Assembly: GCA_026390115.1 (NCBI GenBank)
Contig: JAPLGO010000001.1
Span: 34,978-98,977 of the forward strand
Source of the DNA: Campylobacterales bacterium
Lineage (GTDB): Bacteria > Campylobacterota > Campylobacteria > Campylobacterales > Sulfurimonadaceae
DNA: 64,000 nucleotides
Direction of reading: 5' to 3'
Position numbers and translations under genes: made by a program. Shown piece after piece: positions 46,609 to 56,480 of this stretch (within the stretch, counting starts at the first letter, position 1; each line of letters begins with the position of its first letter). The notes beneath the pieces were generated by a model. It did not search any database, was not told the origin of the DNA, and saw nothing but the letters and a program-made list of their open reading frames with translations.

Positions 46609-47952
46609 TTAGAACATAAACCAGCCGACAAGATAGAGCGTGTTGTTGTCTGATGCGTTGCGACCTGCACCGTCATAGTTTGTTTTTGCTCCGTTAAATT
46701 TATCATACATTATATATTGCATGGTAAATTTAACTTGGTTTATAGGCAGATAATCAAGTTCAGCAATTCCATAGCTGCTATCCGGTGCCAATGTGCCTGA
46801 TGTTCCATATCTTGTAGCATCTACCTTTCCGGATGTTAAAGCATACCCAAGTGAAGCACCATACTTATGGTCATAACGATAACCGGCTTTTACTTTGGTC
46901 GTTGAGAGTGAATCAGAGGTATTATCTGAAGCTCCCATTTCATGGCTCGCGTCCAGCTTTGCCTCTTCCCATGTTTTTGACGCCGTAGCAGTAACATTAT
47001 GCATATCATGCGTGTATTGATACTCTGCATCTACCGCCATGTCATGGTAAGAATCTAATTTATTACTCCCTACTCGACTTACATTTGTTGCCATTGCATA
47101 AGTTCCAACCATAATATAATGGTCTCCAGCCTCTTGCTGAAGAGCGATACGACCATAAGGTGAAGCTCCATCTACCACTGGGTCGGAACCTCCATTATGC
47201 CAACCCAGTATTGATTTTGGTCCGCCGGCAGGAATTGTCTGATACGCTCCTAGCTCAGCATAAACAAGATCATTAAACATAGCATAAATACTTGCTCCAG
47301 CCACCACATGTCCAAGTCCGCCATCTATAAGCGTAGCTGCTGAAGGCGTTGGCGCCATAGAGGAAGTAACATATGGAAATCCCCATGCAGGCGTGGAGTT
47401 CCACAAATCTTGCACTGTCGGATTATTATTGACAGAAACCCCGTATACTAGCTCTTTTGTTAAAACCGTAGCAGAGTTTGCATAGCGTATATCAACATTA
47501 TCCATCGATATATAGGGTGCTACCGCTTTGTCTTGAGGAAGAAGTGTTCCGTCGTAGGTCATCTGTATAAACGCACCCACATTATCATAAATCTTTCCGC
47601 CATAAAAAAGGCTGACTTGCGGAATCACAAGCTCACCGTTTCTATTTTCGCCATTGCCGTTTACAACCGCGTTCGTGCCGTCAGGATTTTTACTCTTAGA
47701 GATAGTTGTAGCATCCGCCATAATCATCGCAGCTAAGGGAAGCGGCATTTTTGTATCTCCACCCCCCATCACATAACCACGCATTTTAAAATCACGCCCG
47801 AAATGGGTAAGTTCCGGAAAAACGGTATGACACACTGTGCAATCCAACCCGGTTTGGCGTGCAAAACTTGGAATCGCATAAACATTTTCAACACCTATAA
47901 TTGAAAGAAACAGTGATACGAGTGTAACGCCGGACAAAGATATATTTTTCAT
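46609..47952 (-). CDS. cyc2: Cyc2-like fused monohaem cytochrome c - porin
   Basis: Signal peptide, then IPSFARQTGLDCTVCHTVFPELTHFGRDFKMRGY (Cyc2 signature), beta-strand body, terminal F. Confidence 0.8.
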   Translation of the reverse strand: MKNISLSGVTLVSLFLSIIGVENVYAIPSFARQTGLDCTVCHTVFPELTHFGRDFKMRGYVMGGGDTKMPLPLAAMIMADATTISKSKNPDGTNAVVNGNGENRNGELVIPQVSLFYGGKIYDNVGAFIQMTYDGTLLPQDKAVAPYISMDNVDIRYANSATVLTKELVYGVSVNNNPTVQDLWNSTPAWGFPYVTSSMAPTPSAATLIDGGLGHVVAGASIYAMFNDLVYAELGAYQTIPAGGPKSILGWHNGGSDPVVDGASPYGRIALQQEAGDHYIMVGTYAMATNVSRVGSNKLDSYHDMAVDAEYQYTHDMHNVTATASKTWEEAKLDASHEMGASDNTSDSLSTTKVKAGYRYDHKYGASLGYALTSGKVDATRYGTSGTLAPDSSYGIAELDYLPINQVKFTMQYIMYDKFNGAKTNYDGAGRNASDNNTLYLVGWFMF

Positions 47953-48159
47953 AATTTTAACTCCTCCTTATTTTAAAAGAGTAACTTTACAATGAAAGAG
48001 TGAAGATAGGATGAAGATTTGCTAAGCTTTCAATATTAAAAAATATACATTAAATTTTTTGATAAAATAAACAATTCTTTTAATAAAAATAATAATGGCG
48101 GATAAATATGCGTAAACTGTATGACTGCTATTACTTTTAACCATCTATAGAGGCACAAA

Positions 48160-48585
48160 ATGAGTTACCAATCCTGGTTTAATAAACATGCCGACAAGCA
48201 TACAACAATCGTAGAAAAACTTATCTCATGTGGAAAAAAAAGTGATGAAATCATCGACTATTTTGATTACGAGAACATGGTCAAAGAGGAGCCTGATTTT
48301 TGCCCTTTGTACAAGGAGAACAAAAAGTGCCATGCAATCGAGGAGCTTAACTGCTACCTCTGCGCCTGCCCTAACTTCCGCTTTAAAGATGAGGGGATTA
48401 AAAGAGTAGAAGAGAAAATGCAGTACAGTTTCTGCTCCATAAATTCAAAACATGGAATGCAGGGAGTTTATAGTGACAAAATCCACCAAGACTGCTCCAA
48501 ATGCGAAGTTCCGCATCTCAAAAGTTATATTACTGAACATTTTGATTTGAATTGGAAAAAGATTATGCAAAAGTGCACTCTATAG
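48160..48585 (+). CDS. Cysteine-rich small domain protein
   Basis: FCPLY..CH..LNCYLCACP.F...C...DCSKC.VPH; this type is typical of cobalamin gene clusters. Confidence 0.6.
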   Translation: MSYQSWFNKHADKHTTIVEKLISCGKKSDEIIDYFDYENMVKEEPDFCPLYKENKKCHAIEELNCYLCACPNFRFKDEGIKRVEEKMQYSFCSINSKHGMQGVYSDKIHQDCSKCEVPHLKSYITEHFDLNWKKIMQKCTL

Positions 48586-49383
48586 ATGGGTGTTAAAACT
48601 GCAATTACCCTTGATGCGTTAAACCGTCTCTTTACATCCTACGAATTCATCTCTTTAACAGAGACAACTTCGGGAATAATCGACACCACTTATATAGTTT
48701 TTACAAAAAACAGAAGCTACATTCTAAAAAAATACGAAAGAGCTATTTTACAGAAAATAGAAGAGGATAGTAGGCTTTTAGATGCGCTAAAACTTTTTGG
48801 GTTAAATGTACCGAGCTGCATAACAAGCTCTCATGGCTGGTACCTTTACGAAAAACTGGAAGGGTCGCAACCTACGCACATACAAAGCTATCACATTCAA
48901 GCTTTGGCAAGATTTTTGGCTAAATTCCATCAATACAGTTACAAAAAAGTCTCTCTTTTGAATGTGATAGACCAAGACGAAATATCCTCACACCTTCGCT
49001 ACGCCAAAGTAAACTTCTTTAATTACTATAAGAAACTGCAGTTTTTAAAAAAACATAGCAAAATAAACGATGGAGTTATTCACGGAGATATTTTCAAAGA
49101 CAACACGGTTTTTCAAGGTACAAAAATCGGAGTCTTCGATTTTATAGACTCGGCATGCGGCACTTTCGCTTTTGATGCAGCCGTTGCACTCATAGGTTTT
49201 GATACCAAAAAACAGAAGCGCTCTTTTGTAAACCTCTTTCTGGGCACCTACAACCAGCACGCCCCAAAGAAACTCTCCAAAAAAGAGCTGCTGCAATCCA
49301 TGGAGACGGCATGCGGATTTTACGCACTCAAGCGGATAGCAAATTTTAAAAGCACAAAAACAGCGAAGGAGCTGCTCAAATGA
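48586..49383 (+). CDS. APH / type II homoserine-kinase-like phosphotransferase
   Basis: GIIDTTY, GVIHGDIFKDN, GVFDF; ATGA overlap with cobD. Confidence 0.75.
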   Translation: MGVKTAITLDALNRLFTSYEFISLTETTSGIIDTTYIVFTKNRSYILKKYERAILQKIEEDSRLLDALKLFGLNVPSCITSSHGWYLYEKLEGSQPTHIQSYHIQALARFLAKFHQYSYKKVSLLNVIDQDEISSHLRYAKVNFFNYYKKLQFLKKHSKINDGVIHGDIFKDNTVFQGTKIGVFDFIDSACGTFAFDAAVALIGFDTKKQKRSFVNLFLGTYNQHAPKKLSKKELLQSMETACGFYALKRIANFKSTKTAKELLK

Positions 49384-50411
49384 AACATGGCGCGGGTATA
49401 TACAAAACAGCAAAAAAACTGGGGTGCGAAGCGGATGAAATCATAGACTTCTCATCAAACATAAACAGCTATAACCCTGACATTAACATAACCCTCACGG
49501 ACACCATGGTAGTAAAATACGGCGACAGCTCCTACTCTGAGCTGAGAAAAGCCATCACAAAAAAGTATCAAATCAAAAAAAAGCAGATGGCTCTATACAA
49601 CGGGGCGACCTCTGCTATCTTTGAACTTTTAAAAAATTTAAAAGAAAAGAGAGTTTACCTCTATGCACCTCTCTACGGCGAGTATGAAAAAGCTGCAAGG
49701 CAAGAGAATAAAAAAATAATCAAAATTAACCGTTTTACCGACCTCTATAAAAAACCGAAAAAAAACTCTCTAGTTGTCTTCGTAAACCCCTCCACTCCCG
49801 ATGGTAAATATTACAACTTAGAAAAGCTTTTTACCATTTGGAAAAAGCAAAACTGCACAATAATTTTGGATGAATCATTTTTGGAATTTGAGGGCCTCAT
49901 CTCTTTGAGAAACCAAATCAATTATAATAAAAAACTATACATAATCCAATCTTTTTCTAAATTTAATGCATGTGCAGGTGTAAGAATCGGAGCGATTTTC
50001 TCTGGTTTTTCAAATATTGAAAGATTAAAAACCCCTCTCTGGAATCTCTCCTCCTTTGACGCTCAGTTTTTAACACAGAGGCTCCAAGACAAAACCTTTG
50101 AGAACAAAAGCAAAGAGCTTCATCAAAGACATAAACAGGAACTTTTTAAGATTTTAGAAGAGTCAAAACTCTTCACTGAAATATGCAAAAGCGATTCAAA
50201 TTTTTTTCTCACAAAATCAGAGAGAGCAGATGAAATTTTTGAGCATCTTCTGAAACATAAAATTTTGGTAAGAACATGCGGAAGTTTTGACTTTTTGGAT
50301 AACACCTACCTGCGCTTTGCGGTGAAAGAGACTAACATGCATAACAGACTAACAAGGGCATTAAGCAAATTCACTCCTTTGTATTTTCAAGCAAATGTAG
50401 TAGAATATTAA
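49380..50411 (+). CDS. cobD: L-threonine-O-3-phosphate decarboxylase (PLP class I/II)
   Basis: KHGAG, IDFSSNIN, FVNPSTPDG, ILDESF, SFSKF.A.AGVRIG, YLRFAVK. Confidence 0.8.
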   Translation: MKHGAGIYKTAKKLGCEADEIIDFSSNINSYNPDINITLTDTMVVKYGDSSYSELRKAITKKYQIKKKQMALYNGATSAIFELLKNLKEKRVYLYAPLYGEYEKAARQENKKIIKINRFTDLYKKPKKNSLVVFVNPSTPDGKYYNLEKLFTIWKKQNCTIILDESFLEFEGLISLRNQINYNKKLYIIQSFSKFNACAGVRIGAIFSGFSNIERLKTPLWNLSSFDAQFLTQRLQDKTFENKSKELHQRHKQELFKILEESKLFTEICKSDSNFFLTKSERADEIFEHLLKHKILVRTCGSFDFLDNTYLRFAVKETNMHNRLTRALSKFTPLYFQANVVEY

Positions 50412-50429
50412 AAAAGGTGAGGGATATTT

Positions 50430-51833
50430 TTGATTTCAAAGCATGCAGGTTCCATAAAAAGTAAAATAATTGTTGATATACTTTTTTATACCGTAGTAAC
50501 ATCACTTGTGTACTTTTTTTCAGCTAAAGTTGTTGCACCTCTATCCTTAAGCGAATCATCGAGTATTTTTGCAATATGGCCACCTACGGGAGTTGCTCTT
50601 TCATTTCTATTTTTTAGAGGTAAGATAGTTATCCCCGGCATTTTTCTTGGCACCTTCTTTTTAAATATGACTCTCAGCTCGCCAATTGTGGCATTTGAGA
50701 TAGCCATTGGTAATACAATAGGTCCGGTTGTAACCTATTGGCTCGCCAACAACAGTGCAATTAAAGATGATATTTTTTATGACACAGACACTATTATCTC
50801 CTTTATTTTTTACAGCATAATTGGTGCATTCATAACATCTAGCATGGGAACGACTATGCTGTTTCTTAATGGTCTTTTATCACATGAACATCAAATATTA
50901 GGATGGATGGTATGGTTTTTTGGAGACCTTATAGGCTTTATTATGATTACGCCTGTTTTTATCGCCTATACTCTGCAAAATAATATCTCTTTTGCAGTAA
51001 AAAGTCATATAGGAGAGATTGCACTTATTTTCACCGTCTTAATTATATCATCCGTCTTGATTTTTGGGTCAGGGTACTTTTTTGATGAGAGATACCCAAT
51101 TGAATATCTAATTCTCTTTCCGCTTATATGGTCAAGTGTTCGTTTAGGGCATGGTATTAATCTTATCTTTTTAATAGTTGTAACCATTTTAGCTATTTTA
51201 GGAACTTCATCAGGATATAGCCAATTTTCATACGAAGGGGACCATAAGCTCTCCTTGATAATGCTTCAAATATTTATCTTTACAGTAACATTTTCTATTT
51301 TAATGATGACAGCGCAACGCTACCAAACGATAAGAATACTTGATGAGAAAGATCAGCTAAGTCTTATAGATTCACTAACTAAAATTGGAAATAGAAGATT
51401 TTTTAGTGAAACTTTTAAAAAAGAGCTTGAAAAAAGCTATAGATATAAACATCCTATTTCTTTGATTATGTTTGATATAGACCATTTTAAGCAAATTAAC
51501 GACTTATATGGGCATCATAGTGGAGATATAGTTTTGCAAGAACTCTCTTTATTGATAAGTTCTCATCTTCGCTCAAGTGACTTTTTTGCGAGATGGGGTG
51601 GAGAAGAGTTCACTATAATTCTTCCTGAAAACACTCTCTCTGAAGCTGTTTTAACTGCTGAAAAATTACGTAAATTTATTGAAGAATATCGCTTTACTAT
51701 AAACAAACAAGTCACATGTAGCTTTGGAGTTATTTTATGTGCTGATAATGAATTAACTGATGATGCTATCAACCGTGTTGATGCCAAGCTTTATGAGGCA
51801 AAAAAGAGTGGACGTAATAGAGTTGTATCTTAA
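50430..51833 (+). CDS. MASE1-GGDEF diguanylate cyclase
   Basis: IWPPTG (MASE1), many TMs, DIDHFK, RSSD I-site, ARWGGEEF. Confidence 0.9.
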   Translation: MISKHAGSIKSKIIVDILFYTVVTSLVYFFSAKVVAPLSLSESSSIFAIWPPTGVALSFLFFRGKIVIPGIFLGTFFLNMTLSSPIVAFEIAIGNTIGPVVTYWLANNSAIKDDIFYDTDTIISFIFYSIIGAFITSSMGTTMLFLNGLLSHEHQILGWMVWFFGDLIGFIMITPVFIAYTLQNNISFAVKSHIGEIALIFTVLIISSVLIFGSGYFFDERYPIEYLILFPLIWSSVRLGHGINLIFLIVVTILAILGTSSGYSQFSYEGDHKLSLIMLQIFIFTVTFSILMMTAQRYQTIRILDEKDQLSLIDSLTKIGNRRFFSETFKKELEKSYRYKHPISLIMFDIDHFKQINDLYGHHSGDIVLQELSLLISSHLRSSDFFARWGGEEFTIILPENTLSEAVLTAEKLRKFIEEYRFTINKQVTCSFGVILCADNELTDDAINRVDAKLYEAKKSGRNRVVS

Positions 51834-51854
51834 AAAAATTTAAAAGGCAACAAA

Positions 51855-53240
51855 ATGAACTCCCTCAGCATATTCGGAACAAGCTCTGACGCAGGTAAAT
51901 CTACTCTCAGTTTTGCCATTACCTATCTCTTGCATCACCGTGGCATAAGAGTCGCTCCTTATAAGGCGCAGAATGTCTCTAATAACTCAAAGGTTTGTGA
52001 TGACGGTGGGGAGATTGCTATTCCTCAGCACTTTGCGGCGGAGGCTATCGGGATTAAAACCTCTCATTTTATGAATCCTGTTCTTTTGAAATCAGGCTCA
52101 AAAAACTCTGCACACATGATTATAAACGGAGAGAGTGTCGGGGAGAAGGATGTTTGGAGCTATTACATAGATATCGATACGCTCAAACCGCATGCCAAGA
52201 GGGCTTTTAAAAAGCTTCTCAAAGAGTATGACTGTATTGTGGCGGAAGGTGCTGGGAGTCCTGTTGAGTTGAACCTGATGAGCAAAGATTTATCCAACAT
52301 CTATATTGCAGACGAGTTTAACACCAAAATTATCTTGGTTGCCGACATAGAGAGGGGCGGTGTTTTTGCCTCTATCTATGGGGTCTATAATCTGCTTCCA
52401 AAAAAACTGAAGAATAATGTTATCGGAGTGATTGTGAATAAATTCCGAGGAGATTTGAGCCTTTTTGATGAGGGTGTGCAGATTATAGAGGAGAGGTTCG
52501 GCATCAAAGTGCTTGGTGTTGTGCCGTTTAGGCCCTTTAACCTCGGTTTTGAGGACAGCGCGTCCATTATGAACTATGTTCAAGAGCTAAGCAAAAGCAT
52601 CATAAAAGTAGGCGTTATAAAACTTCCACACATCAGCAACTTTACCGATTTTGAGCCGCTTGTAGCAGACAGTGAAATAGAGCTCTCCTTCATCTCAAGC
52701 CCGAGTGAGATTGCATCATGCCAAATAGTGATTATTCCCGGAAGCAAGAGGGTCATTGACGATTTGTTATGGCTGAGAGAGCGAGGATTTGAGGAGAAGC
52801 TCAGCTCAAAAGAGCAGAAAGTAGTCGCTATTTGCGGTGGGTATGAGATGATGTTTGAGCGTATTTTAGACCCTTGGCATGTGGAATCTGAAGAGGCAGA
52901 GACAAAAGGGTTTGGACGGATAAAAGGCGATGTGCTTTTTGAAAAAAAGAAAATTGTAAAGAAGGGAAAATACAATCTTTTTGGTGCCATTGTCGATGGA
53001 TATGAAATACATAACGGTGTTGCAAAAAAAAGAGCCAAAAAGAAAAAAAATCTCTATGGAACATTTGTCCATGGACTTTTTGAATGTGATGCATTAAGAT
53101 ATACTTTATTTAATGCTATTGACAAGCGCTACTCCGGCTACAGTTTTGGGGAGTACAAAGCCAAATCGATAAAGCAGTTTGCAAGACATATCGAAGAGAA
53201 TGTTGACATAAATTTTATACAAAGGGCACTCAATGAGTAA
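51855..53240 (+). CDS. cobQ: Cobyric acid synthase
   Basis: GTSSDAGKS, KAQNVSNNS, EGAGSP.E.NL, ISNFTDFEPL, ICGGYEM, GTFVHG. Confidence 0.93.
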   Translation: MNSLSIFGTSSDAGKSTLSFAITYLLHHRGIRVAPYKAQNVSNNSKVCDDGGEIAIPQHFAAEAIGIKTSHFMNPVLLKSGSKNSAHMIINGESVGEKDVWSYYIDIDTLKPHAKRAFKKLLKEYDCIVAEGAGSPVELNLMSKDLSNIYIADEFNTKIILVADIERGGVFASIYGVYNLLPKKLKNNVIGVIVNKFRGDLSLFDEGVQIIEERFGIKVLGVVPFRPFNLGFEDSASIMNYVQELSKSIIKVGVIKLPHISNFTDFEPLVADSEIELSFISSPSEIASCQIVIIPGSKRVIDDLLWLRERGFEEKLSSKEQKVVAICGGYEMMFERILDPWHVESEEAETKGFGRIKGDVLFEKKKIVKKGKYNLFGAIVDGYEIHNGVAKKRAKKKKNLYGTFVHGLFECDALRYTLFNAIDKRYSGYSFGEYKAKSIKQFARHIEENVDINFIQRALNE

Positions 53241-54150
53241 TATTTTAATAGCGCTATTCGCCTATCTGATAGACAGAGTTTTTGGCGAGTTCAGTTTTTT
53301 TAGCAAGAGCACATTGAAACATCCTGTCGTGGCTATCGGCGAAATGGTTAGCTATTTTGAAAAGAGATTCTATCAAGACTCTGTTTTGCGCGGTTTCTTT
53401 CTTGTCACTTTTATCCTAGCCATGACAGGCACAGCCGCCCTGATTGTAGATCATTTTTTGGCTGAATTCCACGCACTTTTGTACATCATTGCATCATCAT
53501 TTATAGCCTCCATGTTCATAGCGCACAAGATGCTTTACGACTCTGTAAAAGGTGTACTATCGACCGAAAATAAGAAAGAAGCAATCTCCCAGCTTGTAAG
53601 TCGTGATGTTGATAAAATGAGTGATAGCGACATATACAAGGCAGACATCGAGACCTATGCCGAAAATCTTAGCGACGGAGTTATCGCTCCGCTTTTTTAT
53701 CTTCTTCTTTTTGGACTTGTGGGAGCTGCTCTCTACAAGGCGATAAACACCATGGATTCGATGGTGGGATACAGAAATGAGAGGTATGAGAAGTATGGAA
53801 AAGCTGCCGCCATTCTTGATGATATTGCAAACTTTGTCCCCTCCCGCATAACCGCTCTCCTCATTATGCTGCTCTCAAAGCAGAAAAACAACTTCTCATT
53901 TTATGAGGATGCCAAAAAACATGAGAGTCCCAATGCCGGCTATCCAATCACCGCCATGGCGCAGGCGCTGGGGCTGAAACTAGGCGGTCCGACATATTAT
54001 TTTGACAAACTCAAAGAAAAAGCCACCTTTGGAGATGGCAAAGAGGAGATTACGAGTGAAGATGTAGAGCGTGCTTTAGAGTTTAGAAGCAAAATAGATT
54101 TAGCACTTTTAATTACACTTGTTCTTCTTTATCTATTGCTGAAGCTGTAA
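53233..54150 (+). CDS. cbiB: Adenosylcobinamide-phosphate synthase
   Basis: HPVVAIG, VSRD, AENLSDGVIAP, KAINTMDSMVGYRN, SPNAGYP. Confidence 0.92.
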   Translation: MSNILIALFAYLIDRVFGEFSFFSKSTLKHPVVAIGEMVSYFEKRFYQDSVLRGFFLVTFILAMTGTAALIVDHFLAEFHALLYIIASSFIASMFIAHKMLYDSVKGVLSTENKKEAISQLVSRDVDKMSDSDIYKADIETYAENLSDGVIAPLFYLLLFGLVGAALYKAINTMDSMVGYRNERYEKYGKAAAILDDIANFVPSRITALLIMLLSKQKNNFSFYEDAKKHESPNAGYPITAMAQALGLKLGGPTYYFDKLKEKATFGDGKEEITSEDVERALEFRSKIDLALLITLVLLYLLLKL

Positions 54151-56438
54151 TCGTTATAACCCTATTTCTGCCGGCCTGTTTTGCCTCATATAGAAGCTCA
54201 TCCGCCTCTCTGTAAAGCTCTTCTAAATCTTCAACAGCATTGGCATTTTTAATAATCAAACCAAAGGATGCCGTCAAATATTTGCTTGCACTGTTTTGTT
54301 TATGTGCTATATGTAAATTTTCTATATTCTCCCGCATGCTCTCTACAAGCTCTTTAGCCTCTTTTGCACTTAAACCTTTAAACAAGATTCCAAACTCTTC
54401 GCCGCCAAGCCTAAAACAGTAATCATCGGCTCTGTGCAGAGACTCTTGCATCGCTTTTGCAATGCGTTTGAGAGCCTCATCTCCGTGAGCATGCCCATAA
54501 GTATCATTGTACTGTTTAAAAAAATCAATATCTACCATGGCAAAGCAGATATTCTGATTCTCTCTCTTTGCACTGTTAATGAGCTTTGGAAATATTTCAT
54601 TAAAATACCTTCTGTTGTAGAGCGATGTCAACTCATCCGTAATAGAAAGCTCCTCAAATCTTTTTTCAGCCTCTTTTCGACGCTCTACCTCCGCATGCAA
54701 TCTTCTATTTATAAAAATTCCTACGAGCATAATAATAAAGAGAACGGTTAATATACTGCCCGCTTTTAAAATAGCTGTATAATCTGCATCTTTCTCATAG
54801 TGTACCGATACCCATTTATTAAAAATCTCTTGCTGCGTAGTTGACGGTATAAGTTCTACAGCTTTGTCGAATATTTCTTTTAGCATAGGTTCATCATTTC
54901 TCGTAGCAACGCTTAAATCCCATGTATCACCAAACTTACCGGCAATTTTCAGTTCTCCCAGATAATCTTTTTGTATGTTATAGCCTGCTGCAACCAAGGT
55001 ATCAACATAGGCAAACAGTTCACCGCTGCACACCTTATCCAATCCCTCTTTTATACTTTCTACGTCAATAAAATTTATGTGAGGGTACCTCTTTCTGAGT
55101 ATCTCTCCATAGGCATACCCTTTGATTATACCTATCTTTTTATCTGTAATTTGCAGTATGTCATCTATATAAAGTTCATCGGGTCTTGTAACAATGACAA
55201 CAGAAGTTTTAAAATATGCTTTTGTAAAGTCAAGATAGATTTCTCTCTCTTTTGTAGGCATCGCCAAAGATAAAATATCACACTTTCTCTCTTTTAAATA
55301 GGTTATAGACTCCGCCCAATTTTTAGTAGTTACCATTTTAATCGGTATACCGACAGATTTTTCAAAGAGTGCTACATAATCGGCACCGATACCTATGTAT
55401 TTACCGCCTTCATTTTTCTCAAACGGCATCCAATCCGGATCGATACAGATATTAATAACTTTTTTCTCTTTTAAATAGTTCTTTTCTTCTTGTGTAAAAA
55501 TATTTCTGCTCTTAACAGGGTCAAAAATATACTCTATCTATCGGAACACTGTTTTTTATAAGTCCATATTTTTCATAAACAGCAAGAGTAAATTCTACCC
55601 GCCCCTTATCAATCGTGCCAAGAGGAATACTCTTTTGCTGCGTCAACTGCTCCAGTGCATCTGCCTCATATCTTAAATGCTCTATTGATTTATCTGTCGC
55701 ATATTTCTTTTTGATAAACTCTATAATCTCCTCTTTATGCTCAAACGCATACTTCCACCCTTTAAGAGTCGCTTCTTTAAATTTTTCTACTCTTTGAGGA
55801 TTCTCAGTTGCCTCTTTGACACTGGTAAAGAGCATGTCTCCATACAAATCAAAGCCGTAATTGGCTGGATTTATAATATTTATATCTTCTCCCATCTCTT
55901 TGAAATAGAATGGCTCATTTGACAAATATGCGACATACGCATCCGTTTTTTTATTTGCTAAATATCTGTAGTTTGTCTCTTCCTTGATTCTTGATATATT
56001 GGGTTCAACATGCAAGCTTTTAAGCATCGCAAGAATTCCAAAGCCGTCAACATCTTTTTTATAAAAGGTTACATCTTTGTTTTGGAGCTTATAGGGGCTG
56101 TCAATTCCACTGCTTTTGAGAGTCACGAGTACATTTGGAGAGTGCTGAAAAATAGCTGCGACAATCACGACCGGCTCTTGTTTTGCTTTATGTAAAAAAA
56201 GTACAGAGTCGGCAATTCCATACTCTGCTTCACCGTCTATTATCTGTTTTATGTTGTTTTTGTTTAAATCTCTTTCTCTAATCTCTACGTCCAAGCCGAC
56301 ATCTTTATAGTACCCTTTTTCAAGAGCAGCATAATAGCCTGCAAATTGAAATTGATGCAGCCATTTCAATTGTAAAATGACTTTCTCCTCTCCAAAGAGA
56401 GAACTAAACAATAATAAAACGAACAAAAATTTTCTCAA
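54113..56438 (-). pseudogene. NMT1/THI5-like + solute-binding + GGDEF diguanylate cyclase, split by a frameshift near 55534-55541
   Basis: ORF 55521-56438 (LQLKWLHQFQFAGYY) stops at RVYF*. Another frame reads EYIFDPVKSRNIFTQEEKNYLKEKKVINICIDPDW directly into ORF 54113-55429 (MPFE...RLGGEEF). Confidence 0.75.
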
Positions 56439-56480
56439 AACAAACCTTTTTTATATAGTGTAATACTGTTTGATTCTACT

